NCBI GenBank assembly: GCA_964535945.1
Contig: CAZHWP010000001.1
Location: forward strand, 36,230-100,229
Reading direction: 5' to 3'
Length of the DNA: 64,000 bases
From: an uncultured Porphyromonas sp.
Lineage (GTDB): Bacteria > Bacteroidota > Bacteroidia > Bacteroidales > Porphyromonadaceae
The notes under the pieces were generated by a model, which searched no databases, was not told the origin of the DNA, and worked only from the letters and a program-made list of their open reading frames with translations. Below, one piece after another: positions 28,111 to 38,900 of the stretch. The stretch's first letter is position 1. Every line of letters begins with the position of its first letter. A program made the translations under genes and the position numbers.

Positions 28111-30054
28111 TTAAAGTTCGATCAGCTCGTCGAACATCAATCCACTATCGCCTTGCATTTGGCTAATCTGTTTTTGTGTCCCATACCAAGTGCATACTTG
28201 ACCATTGAGCCATCTGCTACGCTGGAAGTTGCAAACAACCTTGGTACCAACACCGAGAATTTCTTCTTCGTTTATATAGAGAGGAACTTCTTTCACGGAG
28301 CCGCTTCCTTTTTCTACTCTTAGAAGCGATGAAATTGGCCTTGCAGGTAGGTACTTGCCAATATCTGCCATGTATATTGGCATTTTTCCACGACGTAGGG
28401 CGATTTCTCTGTTAGCTTTGTCATCTTGGATGCGTTGTGGTAAGAATGGGATCCAATTGAGAGGTACAGAATTTTGCAAAATATACCTATAGTCTGCTAT
28501 CCCTGCTTTTTGTACTGCCTCTGTTTTTCCATCCTCGTTTTTGGTAATTTTTATTGCTCTATCGTCTTCTGAAAGTGGCTTATGAATGATTTCATCATTA
28601 AAGTCTTCTATAAATTGTGCAGTGCTAGCAGCTAATTGCTTACAATCTATAAAAGAGCCATATCCATCGTTCACACGGAGCTCTACCCCCCATACCATAT
28701 TTGCCATTTCGTCTCGCAAGAACTGGATCTCTTCGATAGGTTGGCTCTCAATAGTAAAGGGCAATGCTGGTGGGAAGAAAAGTGCATCGGAAGACTTTCT
28801 TGAATCTGAAGTCTCATTGAGGATGTTCATAGGAGCTTGGGTAAACAATTCCCATCGATTACCAAAGGAGTGTGCTTTGATACTGTCAGAACCAGCTCGT
28901 TCGTTGATATTAGTAGTAATGCCGAATGTGTCACGCACCTTGATGCTATTAACGCTAACTAAAGAACCAATGGTTACATCTAGGGGTATCAGCATCCAGT
29001 CATTGCCGTACATTGTCACGTATTGTAGCGTAACACCATTGGCAGTAGATTGCATTTCGTCTGAGTTGCCCATGTATACCTTTCGGTCTTCAAATTGCCA
29101 GAGCCTCTTATTGGGAGCACCTTCAAAGCGTGCCAAAGTGGGTAGGCCAACAAACTTATACTCTCTATCGGGATTGGATCCATTATTTGTTTTTTTGTGG
29201 TCGAATGAATACCAAGAAACGCGCCCCGAATGGTAATCTTCTGCCACAAAAGTGTCGTTGGAGGTTTGAGCTTCAAACTCATAACCTAGTTTTTGAGTAT
29301 TCCAAGCACTGGGTTTTGACTCAGAATGGGGTAGATAGCGGGATTCGAACCACTTAATATATAGCTCGCAGATATTTTTGGAGGCTGGATAATCTTGGCA
29401 TAGTTGAGCTTTGTTCTTCAAGTCGTGATAGAGGGATCGACCGTCGAAAGCTTTGCCAACATAGGCATTCTCGAATGTTTTTGCTTGACTATTTTGTTGC
29501 TCACTGAACTTTCTTACCTCTTCATGCTCGAGTGAAACTCTTTGCTTTTTGTTGACAAGTGGATATAGTATTTTGCAGCGCTCGTTAATTTCTTTGAAAA
29601 GAGGCTTGAGAGTACTATCATGCTTTATTAGACTTCTGAAATAGAGCGCCGATTCTACGCCTACTTGTGTCGTGAGGTCTTCGTTTATTCTCTCCACAGA
29701 AGGCTCAATTCCTGCGTCTGCTTTCATTCTTAAATCAATGCTCTGATTGCCAAAGCGTATTGTGTTCAGCTGGTGGGCCTTCAGACTAGCTGTTGCAACG
29801 ATGGCAGATCCTGCATCGTTACCTCTGAATTCACCAAACTGCCATTGTCGGGTGAGCATCCATAAGGGGTCGTGAATGCGAAAACTAAGCGAGTTGGTGA
29901 GATTTCGATTGCGAGATCTTGGCTCTAAACGATGACTAAACCTCAGTAAGTTCTCGTTTGCGTTTTTTCGCGCAAAGTCTGCATAGTTGGGATAATGGTG
30001 CTTAAGGTAGCTCTTTACCGCTATTTCGGCGTCATTATGTTGATTATAACTCAT
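28111..30054 (-). CDS. Conserved hypothetical protein, island gene 5 (647 aa)
   Basis: Long intact ORF. Motifs HDPLWMLTRQWQFGEF, YGNDWMLIP, RDEMANMVWGVE, VPLNWIPF and GDSGLMFD are recalled from hypothetical proteins encoded beside DUF6603 genes. Confidence 0.8.
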   Translation of the reverse strand: MSYNQHNDAEIAVKSYLKHHYPNYADFARKNANENLLRFSHRLEPRSRNRNLTNSLSFRIHDPLWMLTRQWQFGEFRGNDAGSAIVATASLKAHQLNTIRFGNQSIDLRMKADAGIEPSVERINEDLTTQVGVESALYFRSLIKHDSTLKPLFKEINERCKILYPLVNKKQRVSLEHEEVRKFSEQQNSQAKTFENAYVGKAFDGRSLYHDLKNKAQLCQDYPASKNICELYIKWFESRYLPHSESKPSAWNTQKLGYEFEAQTSNDTFVAEDYHSGRVSWYSFDHKKTNNGSNPDREYKFVGLPTLARFEGAPNKRLWQFEDRKVYMGNSDEMQSTANGVTLQYVTMYGNDWMLIPLDVTIGSLVSVNSIKVRDTFGITTNINERAGSDSIKAHSFGNRWELFTQAPMNILNETSDSRKSSDALFFPPALPFTIESQPIEEIQFLRDEMANMVWGVELRVNDGYGSFIDCKQLAASTAQFIEDFNDEIIHKPLSEDDRAIKITKNEDGKTEAVQKAGIADYRYILQNSVPLNWIPFLPQRIQDDKANREIALRRGKMPIYMADIGKYLPARPISSLLRVEKGSGSVKEVPLYINEEEILGVGTKVVCNFQRSRWLNGQVCTWYGTQKQISQMQGDSGLMFDELIEL

Positions 30055-30068
30055 GATGTAAGTGTCGT

Positions 30069-33000
30069 TTAGTGTTCGTTGTTGTATTTGTCTGTAGGGT
30101 ACGGCAAGAGTGGCAAGAAAGAAGACATAAAGTTGTCTTCGTAGATGTGGTCGGGCTCTACAGCACGTGATTTAACTAAGTGCATTGCACTCTTGATGGA
30201 ACGTTCAAAATCGGCTAACGACCAGTTTTTTGAAAGCCTTCTGCTAGCTGAAGAGCTGATGTTGGGAGACATAGCTAGAAGAATTGCGTGAGGAGCTTCA
30301 GCATCAGGTTGGTCGTAAGAGAATGCTAGACCTGCCGTCTGGGTCTTATAAGGAATGCGTTCTACCCAATAGTCAAGTACCAGACCAGCCATAGGACGGA
30401 ATCCTTCAGAATTAGGCACGAAGAGTTGTTCTTTATTTAACAGAACATAGGAACGCTTGTCACCAATCAGATCTTCACTTGAAAGGGTTGCTCCAATCCA
30501 TTCTCTCGATTCATTGTCGAAGGGCGTCTGCATGACGGCTAACGACACTTCGTCAAGATCGTGCCACTGTTGGAACATTCGGGCGTGTTGCAAGAGATGA
30601 ACAGGCTTCCGGACCTTAGCTGCTTCAATCATCCAGCCTTCTAAGTCGGGTGCAGAGATGTTTTTGAAGTTGAATTGGGTGTGCAGCTGTTTTTGGAATC
30701 CTTCTACATCGATCAAATTGTTGTCGACTCTGATTTTCGGAACCATTCGGAAAGTATTGGACAAGAGTTTTTGCATGCCCTTGAGATAGTCGTTAACGTT
30801 CTTCAAAGGTGATTCTTTGACAGCTGTTAGTCGATCTTGCATCAAGCGATGAATCTTCTTGAAATGAGGAATGAACGTTTTTTGAAGAGCTTCGGCTTTC
30901 AAGATTCCTTCAGGATCTTCCTCACGGGTGCGTCCTCGTTTGAAGATGTCAAACTCGATCCCGTCAAGTGCTTGAACTTCGCTAAAGCGATAGCAATCGA
31001 GCAACAAGCGGATGCCTTGCAAAAGTACTTCGTCTGACAAGATACTGTTGTCTGACAGTTCTTCCCATTGTGACATAAGTGTATCTAGCTGTTGCAATTT
31101 CTTATGTACTGCACCAAAGCGAGCTTTTATCTCGACAATGTCGTAGTCGGATGAGTCTGAGGATAAGTTTTCTTTTATCAAGTCGTCTGCCTTAAGAGCT
31201 CTACTATCTACAAGAGATTCACGCAACGATTCGATTGCCAATTGTGCTTCGGCTAAGGATATTGTATCCTCATCACCAATAGTGCAGGCTGCGTCTATTT
31301 CAGTTTGAGGAGCCTCTTGCGGTAGTGTTGAAAGACTAGTTAAATATATCCATTCGAGAAAACGGAAGAAAGAGTCGCCATTGCCAGATAGATAAACTAA
31401 TTCTGATGCACTCAAATTCAGCTGACTATCAAGCGACACGATATCGGTTATGTCATCAGACTTAAACCCTACACCGATACGTTTCAGTCCACCTAACATG
31501 CTATCGAGCCATTCGTCGATAGCTGGGTCGGCGATTTGCATAGTAGATTTTGTGTTGGGAGAGGGTACAGCAGCACTATTTAAGGCCACCATGACGCGCT
31601 GTTCTACGTGTGCACTATGCATTGGAATTTCAACCACGTCGGGAAGTGGAATGTTTCTGCCCTGCTGTACACAACTCATGAGGGCATCGACAGCCATGCG
31701 ATTGCCTTCACAGAGCTTATATACACTTTCTGTTAGAATTACATCGCTCAGTGCGTCAAATGTGTCTTCGATGCGTTGTAGTTGTTTGACAAGCAACTTG
31801 ATCTTTTTGTCGTACTTATTCACAAAGTCTTCTCCAAATACTTCATGTAGCCATGCTTTGAACTTTACAGAACTTTCTTTCTCCCAAAATAAATCGTACA
31901 ACTGTTTTTTGTCATTTCCCGCTAGATAATTGTTACGTAAGTCGTGAAGTAGGCTTTCACCATTGATTATTGTAGTATGGGAGGTTTTTTTATCTTCAGG
32001 CACAGTGGCACCGCTTCCATTAGCGAGATAAACATCTGCCACCAACGGATATTTTTGACGTAGGAAAAAGATCAAAGCATCCATTTCAATCTCATCTGTG
32101 CGATGGCATTCGTGTAGAAATCTCTCGAGGTCGGCACCAAGTACAGCTCCGACAGATAGTCCGTTTTGTAAGCCGCGAATCAATCGGAGTGCTTCTCTAA
32201 CTCGTACCGAAGATAAATTGACATTTAGACGATAATCCTCTTCCCTTCCTTCGCGAGCACGATTGTAGCTACTACGTAATACCGCGCCCGTAACTGCATG
32301 GTTGATTGAAGGTGCCAAGATGTATTCGTAGCTTTTTGCTTCTTGTTTGTCTGGTTTGAGATTGAAGACCCAACCAAATGCTCCAATTCGAACCTGGTGC
32401 TTTTGTTTACGAACTCGTTGACGTATTGCATAATTAAGCAATCCAAGCATCCAAGCATCTAGACGATATGTGAAGAGGTCATAGAACTCGGTTATAAGAA
32501 GTTCCATCTCTCTATCATCAACATTGAGATCTTTTATCAAACTTTTAAGCTCATCCCAATGAAAATCAATTTCGGACGTGAACTTCGTGTCTGAGATAGG
32601 TAAGCGATCGAAACTAGAAAGTAAATTAAGTAGTGCTTCACCAGGCTTTTTGTTGGTTTCGTCTCTGATGCCTAAAAGTGCAAAGAAGAACCTTTCTAAA
32701 TCTGCCATGGCATGGCTAAGGTTTTTATTGCCTCTGAAAAAGACTGGATTCAATAGGCTTCTTTCGCAAAGTTCTTTGCGTGAGTAAAACGATGACGAGG
32801 TTGGTGTGCAACCGATCATTTCTAAGTAGTTCTTCACGGAGTTCTCATTTGATAGATTCCCTTCATGAATTACGGATCGATTGCTAATGGCATTCCACTT
32901 TTCGGTTAGCCATAATAATAGTTGCGAAACCTTATACAGTTGATCTCCCTTAAGTTGATAATGCCTGAAGTCTGTAATAGGGAGAATGCCGTATGGTTGG

Positions 33001-35921
33001 GAGCCTATGCGAATAGGGGGGAATAGACCACGAGCGGAAACATCATCACCAACAAAACTACATACTCGTTCTACAAACCCCTTCACTTTGCGGTCATATT
33101 GGTGTAATTTATCATTTGAGATGAAGTGGGATATTAATTTCCGATTTACAGTAAGTGCTCTTTGAATCTCATGATTTGATCCATTGGAAACCCTTAGCAA
33201 CGGGTTTGTCTCGTGACTAGGATCCATGTTTAGTGCTGCAGCGAATCTGTAAGCATCTGATGTCTTATCATCAATGTTGCAGTATTTCAGATAATCTCGC
33301 TTGACATCATTCCTGTAGTGGGTTTCTGCCAATGTGACTTTAGATGTGTCATATGCAGTGGAATCACTATCGGTAAGTATGTTTGTGGGAGTGCCGATAT
33401 TGAGTAAGTTAAGACCTTCTTCGCTATAAAAGTGCGCATGAAATAAGTCATTGATGATTTTTTTAGACTCAGTTTCTGAACAATCTTTAATGCCTGTGAT
33501 GTAAATAGATTCAAAGCTCTGCCAATCTTTACCAATATCATCTAAGGGGATAGTAATGGCCATTCCCATTTTCTCGGCTTCGTAATAATTGGTCATCCAT
33601 TTGATGCCACTATTTACGGTTAGCCTGCCTGATTCGAGATTTACTTGGAATGGGTCAATGTCTGAGTTTTCGTTCAAATTCAGGCCAATCTGTAGCTCGG
33701 GGAATGTGCGACGACCATAAAAAGTGATTGTTTTACTCTTGTTTTTCGAATACCGAATCGTGCCCTCGAAAAGGAATCGATCGGGTAATGTGGGGGAAGT
33801 AGGCTTGCCGAAATCATTTGGTTGACGGTAGTTGTCAAAGTATGGGAAAACGAGGTCTTTTCCATCCTTATTTAAATGTGTTATAGCATCTTTGATCCAT
33901 GAATATGGAAGGTCTATTTTTCGTAACAATGTAATCATCTCGCCATGTAATCCGCTCATTGAAGACGGTGCCTTCAATATATCATTGCAGATAAGCTTTA
34001 GTTCGGCCAGTTGAGTGGACTCTGACTGTTCTTGACTAGATCTTCCGTCTAACCAGGCAGCAAGTCTATTCAGTAGAAGTTTATCATTGCCAAATAACAA
34101 GCGATTGACCACTTCTGTAGCTGAGCAACGAATCGAATTAAGGTGTTTGATAAATGCTTCTTTTGTTCGGAAGGGATCTGTGCTACTATCGAAAAAATCG
34201 TGTGAAAAATCGGCCTTCCCAATTAACCCTATGAGTTTATCGCAGTGATAATCGACCAAACATGTTAGTGCCTTAATCTTTCTTGGTAGCTCAGGGGTGA
34301 TAATTGCAACTTTGGGGAATCCTTTTTTTGGAACTTTCAATAAATGATAGATCCTGCGAAGAGTATTGAATGGGGCGCATTCTTTCAATTCTTTTACTGG
34401 TCGTGTTTGTCGTACAATCCAGCCCGCACGATATGCTGGATACATTTCGCATAACCCGTCCCAAGCCTCTCGCTCACGAATTGAGTCGCCAAGGGCGAGT
34501 GTGTAACGTAGCCAGAATCGTTTGCCGTCGTCTGCCTCTTGTTTGGTTAGTAGGGATACAAACTTATTGATTCCAACTTCGTCGGGATAAATGCGGACGC
34601 AGAGGCTATCCCGTTTTGCAGTAATCGTAGTGTTGTGCGGTTTTTGGTACTGTTCAAGCAGAGTCGTATCGACAGGATGACGCCGTCCGTTAGCATTCTT
34701 GTCGAAGAGTTGTTTTGTCAATGAAAGCCAATTCTTTGCATCGAACTCAATATCATTATAGGCAAGTAACACGTTAAACTGTTGAAGCATTAATACGGAT
34801 AGATTCTTCCCCTTCTGATAGTCAAAGAATACATTCTCTTTCATTCGCTTGAGTGTCTTGTAGCGATAGTAGTAGCGTTTTCCATCCTTGATCGCTAGCA
34901 GATGGTCAAGTTTCATTTTTAGTATCAAATGAATCAGATGCGTGTATCGAACTCTATTGAGCGGCTTTATGCGAATTTGTTCACGTAATTGAAGTGAAAT
35001 GCTTGAGAGCTCATCGACAATCTTGCGTACAGTGTAATGATAAGACGATAATAGTTCTTTTCCTTGTTCTTGCCACTCTATTTTACCCAATCCGAAGTTT
35101 AAATTATCCATATTCGTATTGAAGTCATCCAGCAGAGCATCCCTAACTCCTACAATTCGATGAATACAATTGTTGTATTTGGCACGCTGATTGGCCTTCA
35201 TAGAGGGGACCTTTTCAAGCTCTTCCATGATCGAATAAACAAATGATAAACTCTCCTCTAAGTGCTTGGTAATATGGTTCATCATGTTCCGATTGCCCTT
35301 CTTGGGGTTTAACACATGCTTCCCTCTGTATGGAGTGGTAGAGTAGTGAGTCAGTACTTCAATGCGTCGCACCATTTTTTCGAATTTACGAAGCAAAATA
35401 GTGGCACGATCTGCCTTGATACTCTTCACTGTAGGTATGCTTTCGGCATACTTACAGATGTCATCGCAGATCGAATTTAGTGAAGGCTGCCATTCGGCCG
35501 GAAAAACGCTGGCTATAGTATGGATATGGCGAGTAAGCTGGATAATAAGAGCTTTGTCTTCGTAGTATATCCCGTCAAGATAACCAATGAGCATTGCCAA
35601 ACGATAGAATTGTTTTGCAATATGCTTGCGGTTGGTAATCGTTTTGTATTTGATGTATACAAGGCTAGGAATATCGCCTAGCTCATTGAAGGCTGTTTCA
35701 TGTGGACATAATAAACTATGAAGAATAGCATCATTGAGTATGTGGTTCAGTTGTGAAAATACACCTGCTACCCGATGTTGCTCTTTTGTTTTGAAAGGAC
35801 GATGCTTCTTAAAGCGAGTCTCTATGCGTAGAGGAAACATGACGAATGATGTATCTCGCGACTCTGAATGCAATTGACGAGTGACGATAGCTTCTCCTAT
35901 CTGTTGAATTCTATTTTTCAT
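30069..35921 (-). CDS. Giant conserved hypothetical protein, island gene 4 (1950 aa)
   Basis: Intact ORF with motifs FPLRIETRF, VRIYPDE, LPDRF, GTPTN, YRLDAW, APSINHAVTGAVLRS and YDQPDAEAPHAILLA. No signal peptide seen. Confidence 0.8.
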   Translation of the reverse strand: MKNRIQQIGEAIVTRQLHSESRDTSFVMFPLRIETRFKKHRPFKTKEQHRVAGVFSQLNHILNDAILHSLLCPHETAFNELGDIPSLVYIKYKTITNRKHIAKQFYRLAMLIGYLDGIYYEDKALIIQLTRHIHTIASVFPAEWQPSLNSICDDICKYAESIPTVKSIKADRATILLRKFEKMVRRIEVLTHYSTTPYRGKHVLNPKKGNRNMMNHITKHLEESLSFVYSIMEELEKVPSMKANQRAKYNNCIHRIVGVRDALLDDFNTNMDNLNFGLGKIEWQEQGKELLSSYHYTVRKIVDELSSISLQLREQIRIKPLNRVRYTHLIHLILKMKLDHLLAIKDGKRYYYRYKTLKRMKENVFFDYQKGKNLSVLMLQQFNVLLAYNDIEFDAKNWLSLTKQLFDKNANGRRHPVDTTLLEQYQKPHNTTITAKRDSLCVRIYPDEVGINKFVSLLTKQEADDGKRFWLRYTLALGDSIREREAWDGLCEMYPAYRAGWIVRQTRPVKELKECAPFNTLRRIYHLLKVPKKGFPKVAIITPELPRKIKALTCLVDYHCDKLIGLIGKADFSHDFFDSSTDPFRTKEAFIKHLNSIRCSATEVVNRLLFGNDKLLLNRLAAWLDGRSSQEQSESTQLAELKLICNDILKAPSSMSGLHGEMITLLRKIDLPYSWIKDAITHLNKDGKDLVFPYFDNYRQPNDFGKPTSPTLPDRFLFEGTIRYSKNKSKTITFYGRRTFPELQIGLNLNENSDIDPFQVNLESGRLTVNSGIKWMTNYYEAEKMGMAITIPLDDIGKDWQSFESIYITGIKDCSETESKKIINDLFHAHFYSEEGLNLLNIGTPTNILTDSDSTAYDTSKVTLAETHYRNDVKRDYLKYCNIDDKTSDAYRFAAALNMDPSHETNPLLRVSNGSNHEIQRALTVNRKLISHFISNDKLHQYDRKVKGFVERVCSFVGDDVSARGLFPPIRIGSQPYGILPITDFRHYQLKGDQLYKVSQLLLWLTEKWNAISNRSVIHEGNLSNENSVKNYLEMIGCTPTSSSFYSRKELCERSLLNPVFFRGNKNLSHAMADLERFFFALLGIRDETNKKPGEALLNLLSSFDRLPISDTKFTSEIDFHWDELKSLIKDLNVDDREMELLITEFYDLFTYRLDAWMLGLLNYAIRQRVRKQKHQVRIGAFGWVFNLKPDKQEAKSYEYILAPSINHAVTGAVLRSSYNRAREGREEDYRLNVNLSSVRVREALRLIRGLQNGLSVGAVLGADLERFLHECHRTDEIEMDALIFFLRQKYPLVADVYLANGSGATVPEDKKTSHTTIINGESLLHDLRNNYLAGNDKKQLYDLFWEKESSVKFKAWLHEVFGEDFVNKYDKKIKLLVKQLQRIEDTFDALSDVILTESVYKLCEGNRMAVDALMSCVQQGRNIPLPDVVEIPMHSAHVEQRVMVALNSAAVPSPNTKSTMQIADPAIDEWLDSMLGGLKRIGVGFKSDDITDIVSLDSQLNLSASELVYLSGNGDSFFRFLEWIYLTSLSTLPQEAPQTEIDAACTIGDEDTISLAEAQLAIESLRESLVDSRALKADDLIKENLSSDSSDYDIVEIKARFGAVHKKLQQLDTLMSQWEELSDNSILSDEVLLQGIRLLLDCYRFSEVQALDGIEFDIFKRGRTREEDPEGILKAEALQKTFIPHFKKIHRLMQDRLTAVKESPLKNVNDYLKGMQKLLSNTFRMVPKIRVDNNLIDVEGFQKQLHTQFNFKNISAPDLEGWMIEAAKVRKPVHLLQHARMFQQWHDLDEVSLAVMQTPFDNESREWIGATLSSEDLIGDKRSYVLLNKEQLFVPNSEGFRPMAGLVLDYWVERIPYKTQTAGLAFSYDQPDAEAPHAILLAMSPNISSSASRRLSKNWSLADFERSIKSAMHLVKSRAVEPDHIYEDNFMSSFLPLLPYPTDKYNNEH

Positions 35922-35935
35922 GTCTGTACATGTGC

Positions 35936-38900
35936 TTAATTAATTAAGAAATCTCTGCAGGGTGCTGCCCAAATAACCGGTTGGTGTACCCTATCTTTTG
36001 CCCATGATGCGCTATCTGTAATCGTATCGCTGTTTTTGTTGTCGAAATGCAAAGCCACATCGCGTTCCTGAAAAGTTAAGTAGTGTTTTTCCTGTATCTG
36101 ATCCGCATTTGTTGGGAATCCTACAAGATAAGTGTCGTTGTTTAGCCAAGCCGACATGGATGGCATTATCACCGAATTACCAGTGTAGCCCTCTATTGGA
36201 ATTTGGGTTAAGTAGATAAATGTTTGTGGAAAGGCCTGTAGTAGCTCCCCTTTGATAGCAAATATTAGTAAGTCCTTTTTATCGTCTGCATGATTGGCTC
36301 CTAAGTGCCCCTGCCACTCATGTAAGTATTTAACATCCCAGTATGCTTCCTGGGTGGGGTCTTCTTCTGAATCCCAAAATTTTCGGAAATATGAACCACG
36401 TTCGTCTGAGGGATATTCGCGCCACAACAGCTCTCGTCCCATCTCGGTATTCATTCCACTTAAAAAGGACTCAACAAATTCGGTGTTGTTTTTGAAGAGA
36501 GAAATGCTGTTATCTGGCAGTTTGTCTACAGAAGGCAAAATGAATCGTTGCGACAACTCGCGCAAATAAAAGTAGGTGGGGTCGGGGTATTCGGGATAAA
36601 CCATAATCGGGTATTTGGATCGAAGCAAATCCTCGATTATAACTTGATCTGTCATTCCTATTCCATTATAATAGGTTTCAAGTATTTTTTTCATCTTTTC
36701 TTCGGCTTCTGCGGAAGCGTCGATCAGATCGGTACTCTGAATGTCCTTTCCTTCAATTACAGGAGCTTTCGGCTCTTGAGGTGTGAACGTAGAGCTAAAG
36801 GCATTCCACTCTTGTGCGTAACGTTTTACTACATCGATTAAATTTTTAGTAGAGGTGCCAATTTCATTGACTGCTGCAGGCCCTTCTACCAGCTCCCATG
36901 CGCTATATGTTGTGCTGGCTTCATCAATCTCAATATACTCTGGTTCATAAAAGATACTAGCAAATTCGTCCAAAGCACTGATTGCATTTTTTATTTCTGG
37001 CAATAATCCAGTCTTCCCATCTTCAGATTTTATTGTTAAGTTACAGGTGTTTTTGTCTATCATTTCGAGCAATCCTAGAGAGATAGCATTATGGAAACAA
37101 ACTTGATGAATTCCTTTCCTTGTGTCGTGTAATTCAACTCTGCCTTTTTTGAATACTCGGAAGTAGAGCCCTTTTACACCTTTGATGCTAACATCAACAT
37201 ATGTACCAATTTGGAAAAAACGTATTGTGATCTTTGGTTTGTTATTAAAGTTTTCCTCAAAAATCCTTTCGTAGTGCTTCAACGTTTTGTAACGTGACAT
37301 ATATTTGAGCGGATCCTCAGCTTTACCCATTACAAACTCGTGATCGTCACGATCTATGTCACCAACATTCCGAAGGTCGTATCCTTTTGATACTGATCCT
37401 TTTACGTATTCAGATTGAAGCATGCCGATATGGTAATCGGCTTCTATATCGAACGAACTTCCATTGAACTGAAGTTTTGAAACACCATATTTTTTATACC
37501 AATCCTGTGGAAGTAAGAAGGAAGAAAAATATGGAAATTTCCTGATATAGCAAGTTGATTTTTTGTTTGTTATTATACTTACGGGGTAGAAAAAAACTAC
37601 GGACGATTCTGTTTCTGAGCTTGTATATCGTACTCCGACTCCCCCACTAATATTGTGTTTTTTTATAAACGTGCCAAAGATTCGTTGAAAGGTGGGGTCG
37701 GGTAATAGATAAGCATTTTGAGTTTCGTTTTTAGTGGTGGTAACTGGAACAGGCAGTATGTTATCTAATAAACGATTAGAACCACTTACTTTTTCTTTTT
37801 GCTCGTATGATCTTAGCAAGTAATCTTTATGTAGCTTGTTGTAGTTGCGTACTTTCTCCATGAAGTTGGGTAAGTCGCAATGCTCGTCGTAATAATCCTT
37901 GTAGCCATCTAAATCATCGAAGCCACTAAGCCATACCAAAATTTGCTGAACATCACCATTGTTCAATGCGGAGCCCCTGAAAGCTGGTCCTTGATTGAAG
38001 GCAAATTCGAAAGGGTGCTTCAGATCATCGATAGTAATGTTTTGCGTTTTGTGATTGTAGCTGAGTCCATTATACTCGACTTTCAATAACCCATCGAATG
38101 CCTTCGCCAATGGATAATTGACAGAGATGCTTTCGTAAGGGTTTCCTCTCTTTACGTTGTATGCCTTGTTGAGTACCTCATTTTGAAAGATTACTACTTT
38201 GGCTGCATTGTCATATAATGGTAGTTCGGTAATGTCGTCATTGGGCGCTTTTAGCAAAGTATTCATAAAAGCTTCATCCACACCTGTTTGTTGGATGTAA
38301 TTTGGCTTGTCGTATTCATTTACAGCTTCAAGGTTCAACACAATGTTGTCAGCTGTTAGATCTTTTTGATTTGATAGATTGACCGTCCTAATAAAGCTGT
38401 CTGTACTAAGACCGCTGATTTCGCCAACTTTCTTTACAGCCTGCTTGGTTTTGTTCAATTTTTTGTTGACATGCTTCTTGGAGGTGGCTCGTTCGGTATT
38501 AGCTATTGCTAAGCGCTCACGGAGCTGCTGATTTAAACTGTTGATACGCTCTACTTGCAACCAAGCTCGCTGTACGAACTGTTCTTGGTATGTTTGAACA
38601 ACTTTCTTACCTAGACCTCCTGAGGCGCGGTTGCGGATAGCTAGGTTTTGCTGACTTACCCAATCCTCGTGATAAGAATCGAGCGATGTAGAAAGTGCAT
38701 GTTTGGCTCCATAAATCGGGGGTGTAACCCAGGGATCTTCTTCCATATTGGCTACTTGCCCAGTCCCTTCTTGTATGAGCCTATTTTCTTCGAAGACAGG
38801 ACTTAAATCAAGTAAATCCTTTAAGTCTTTGCGTACATGGTCACTTTCTTGCCTTAGGGTGCTGCTATCAAGCTTCGTATTTGGTAAAATGCAAGCAACG

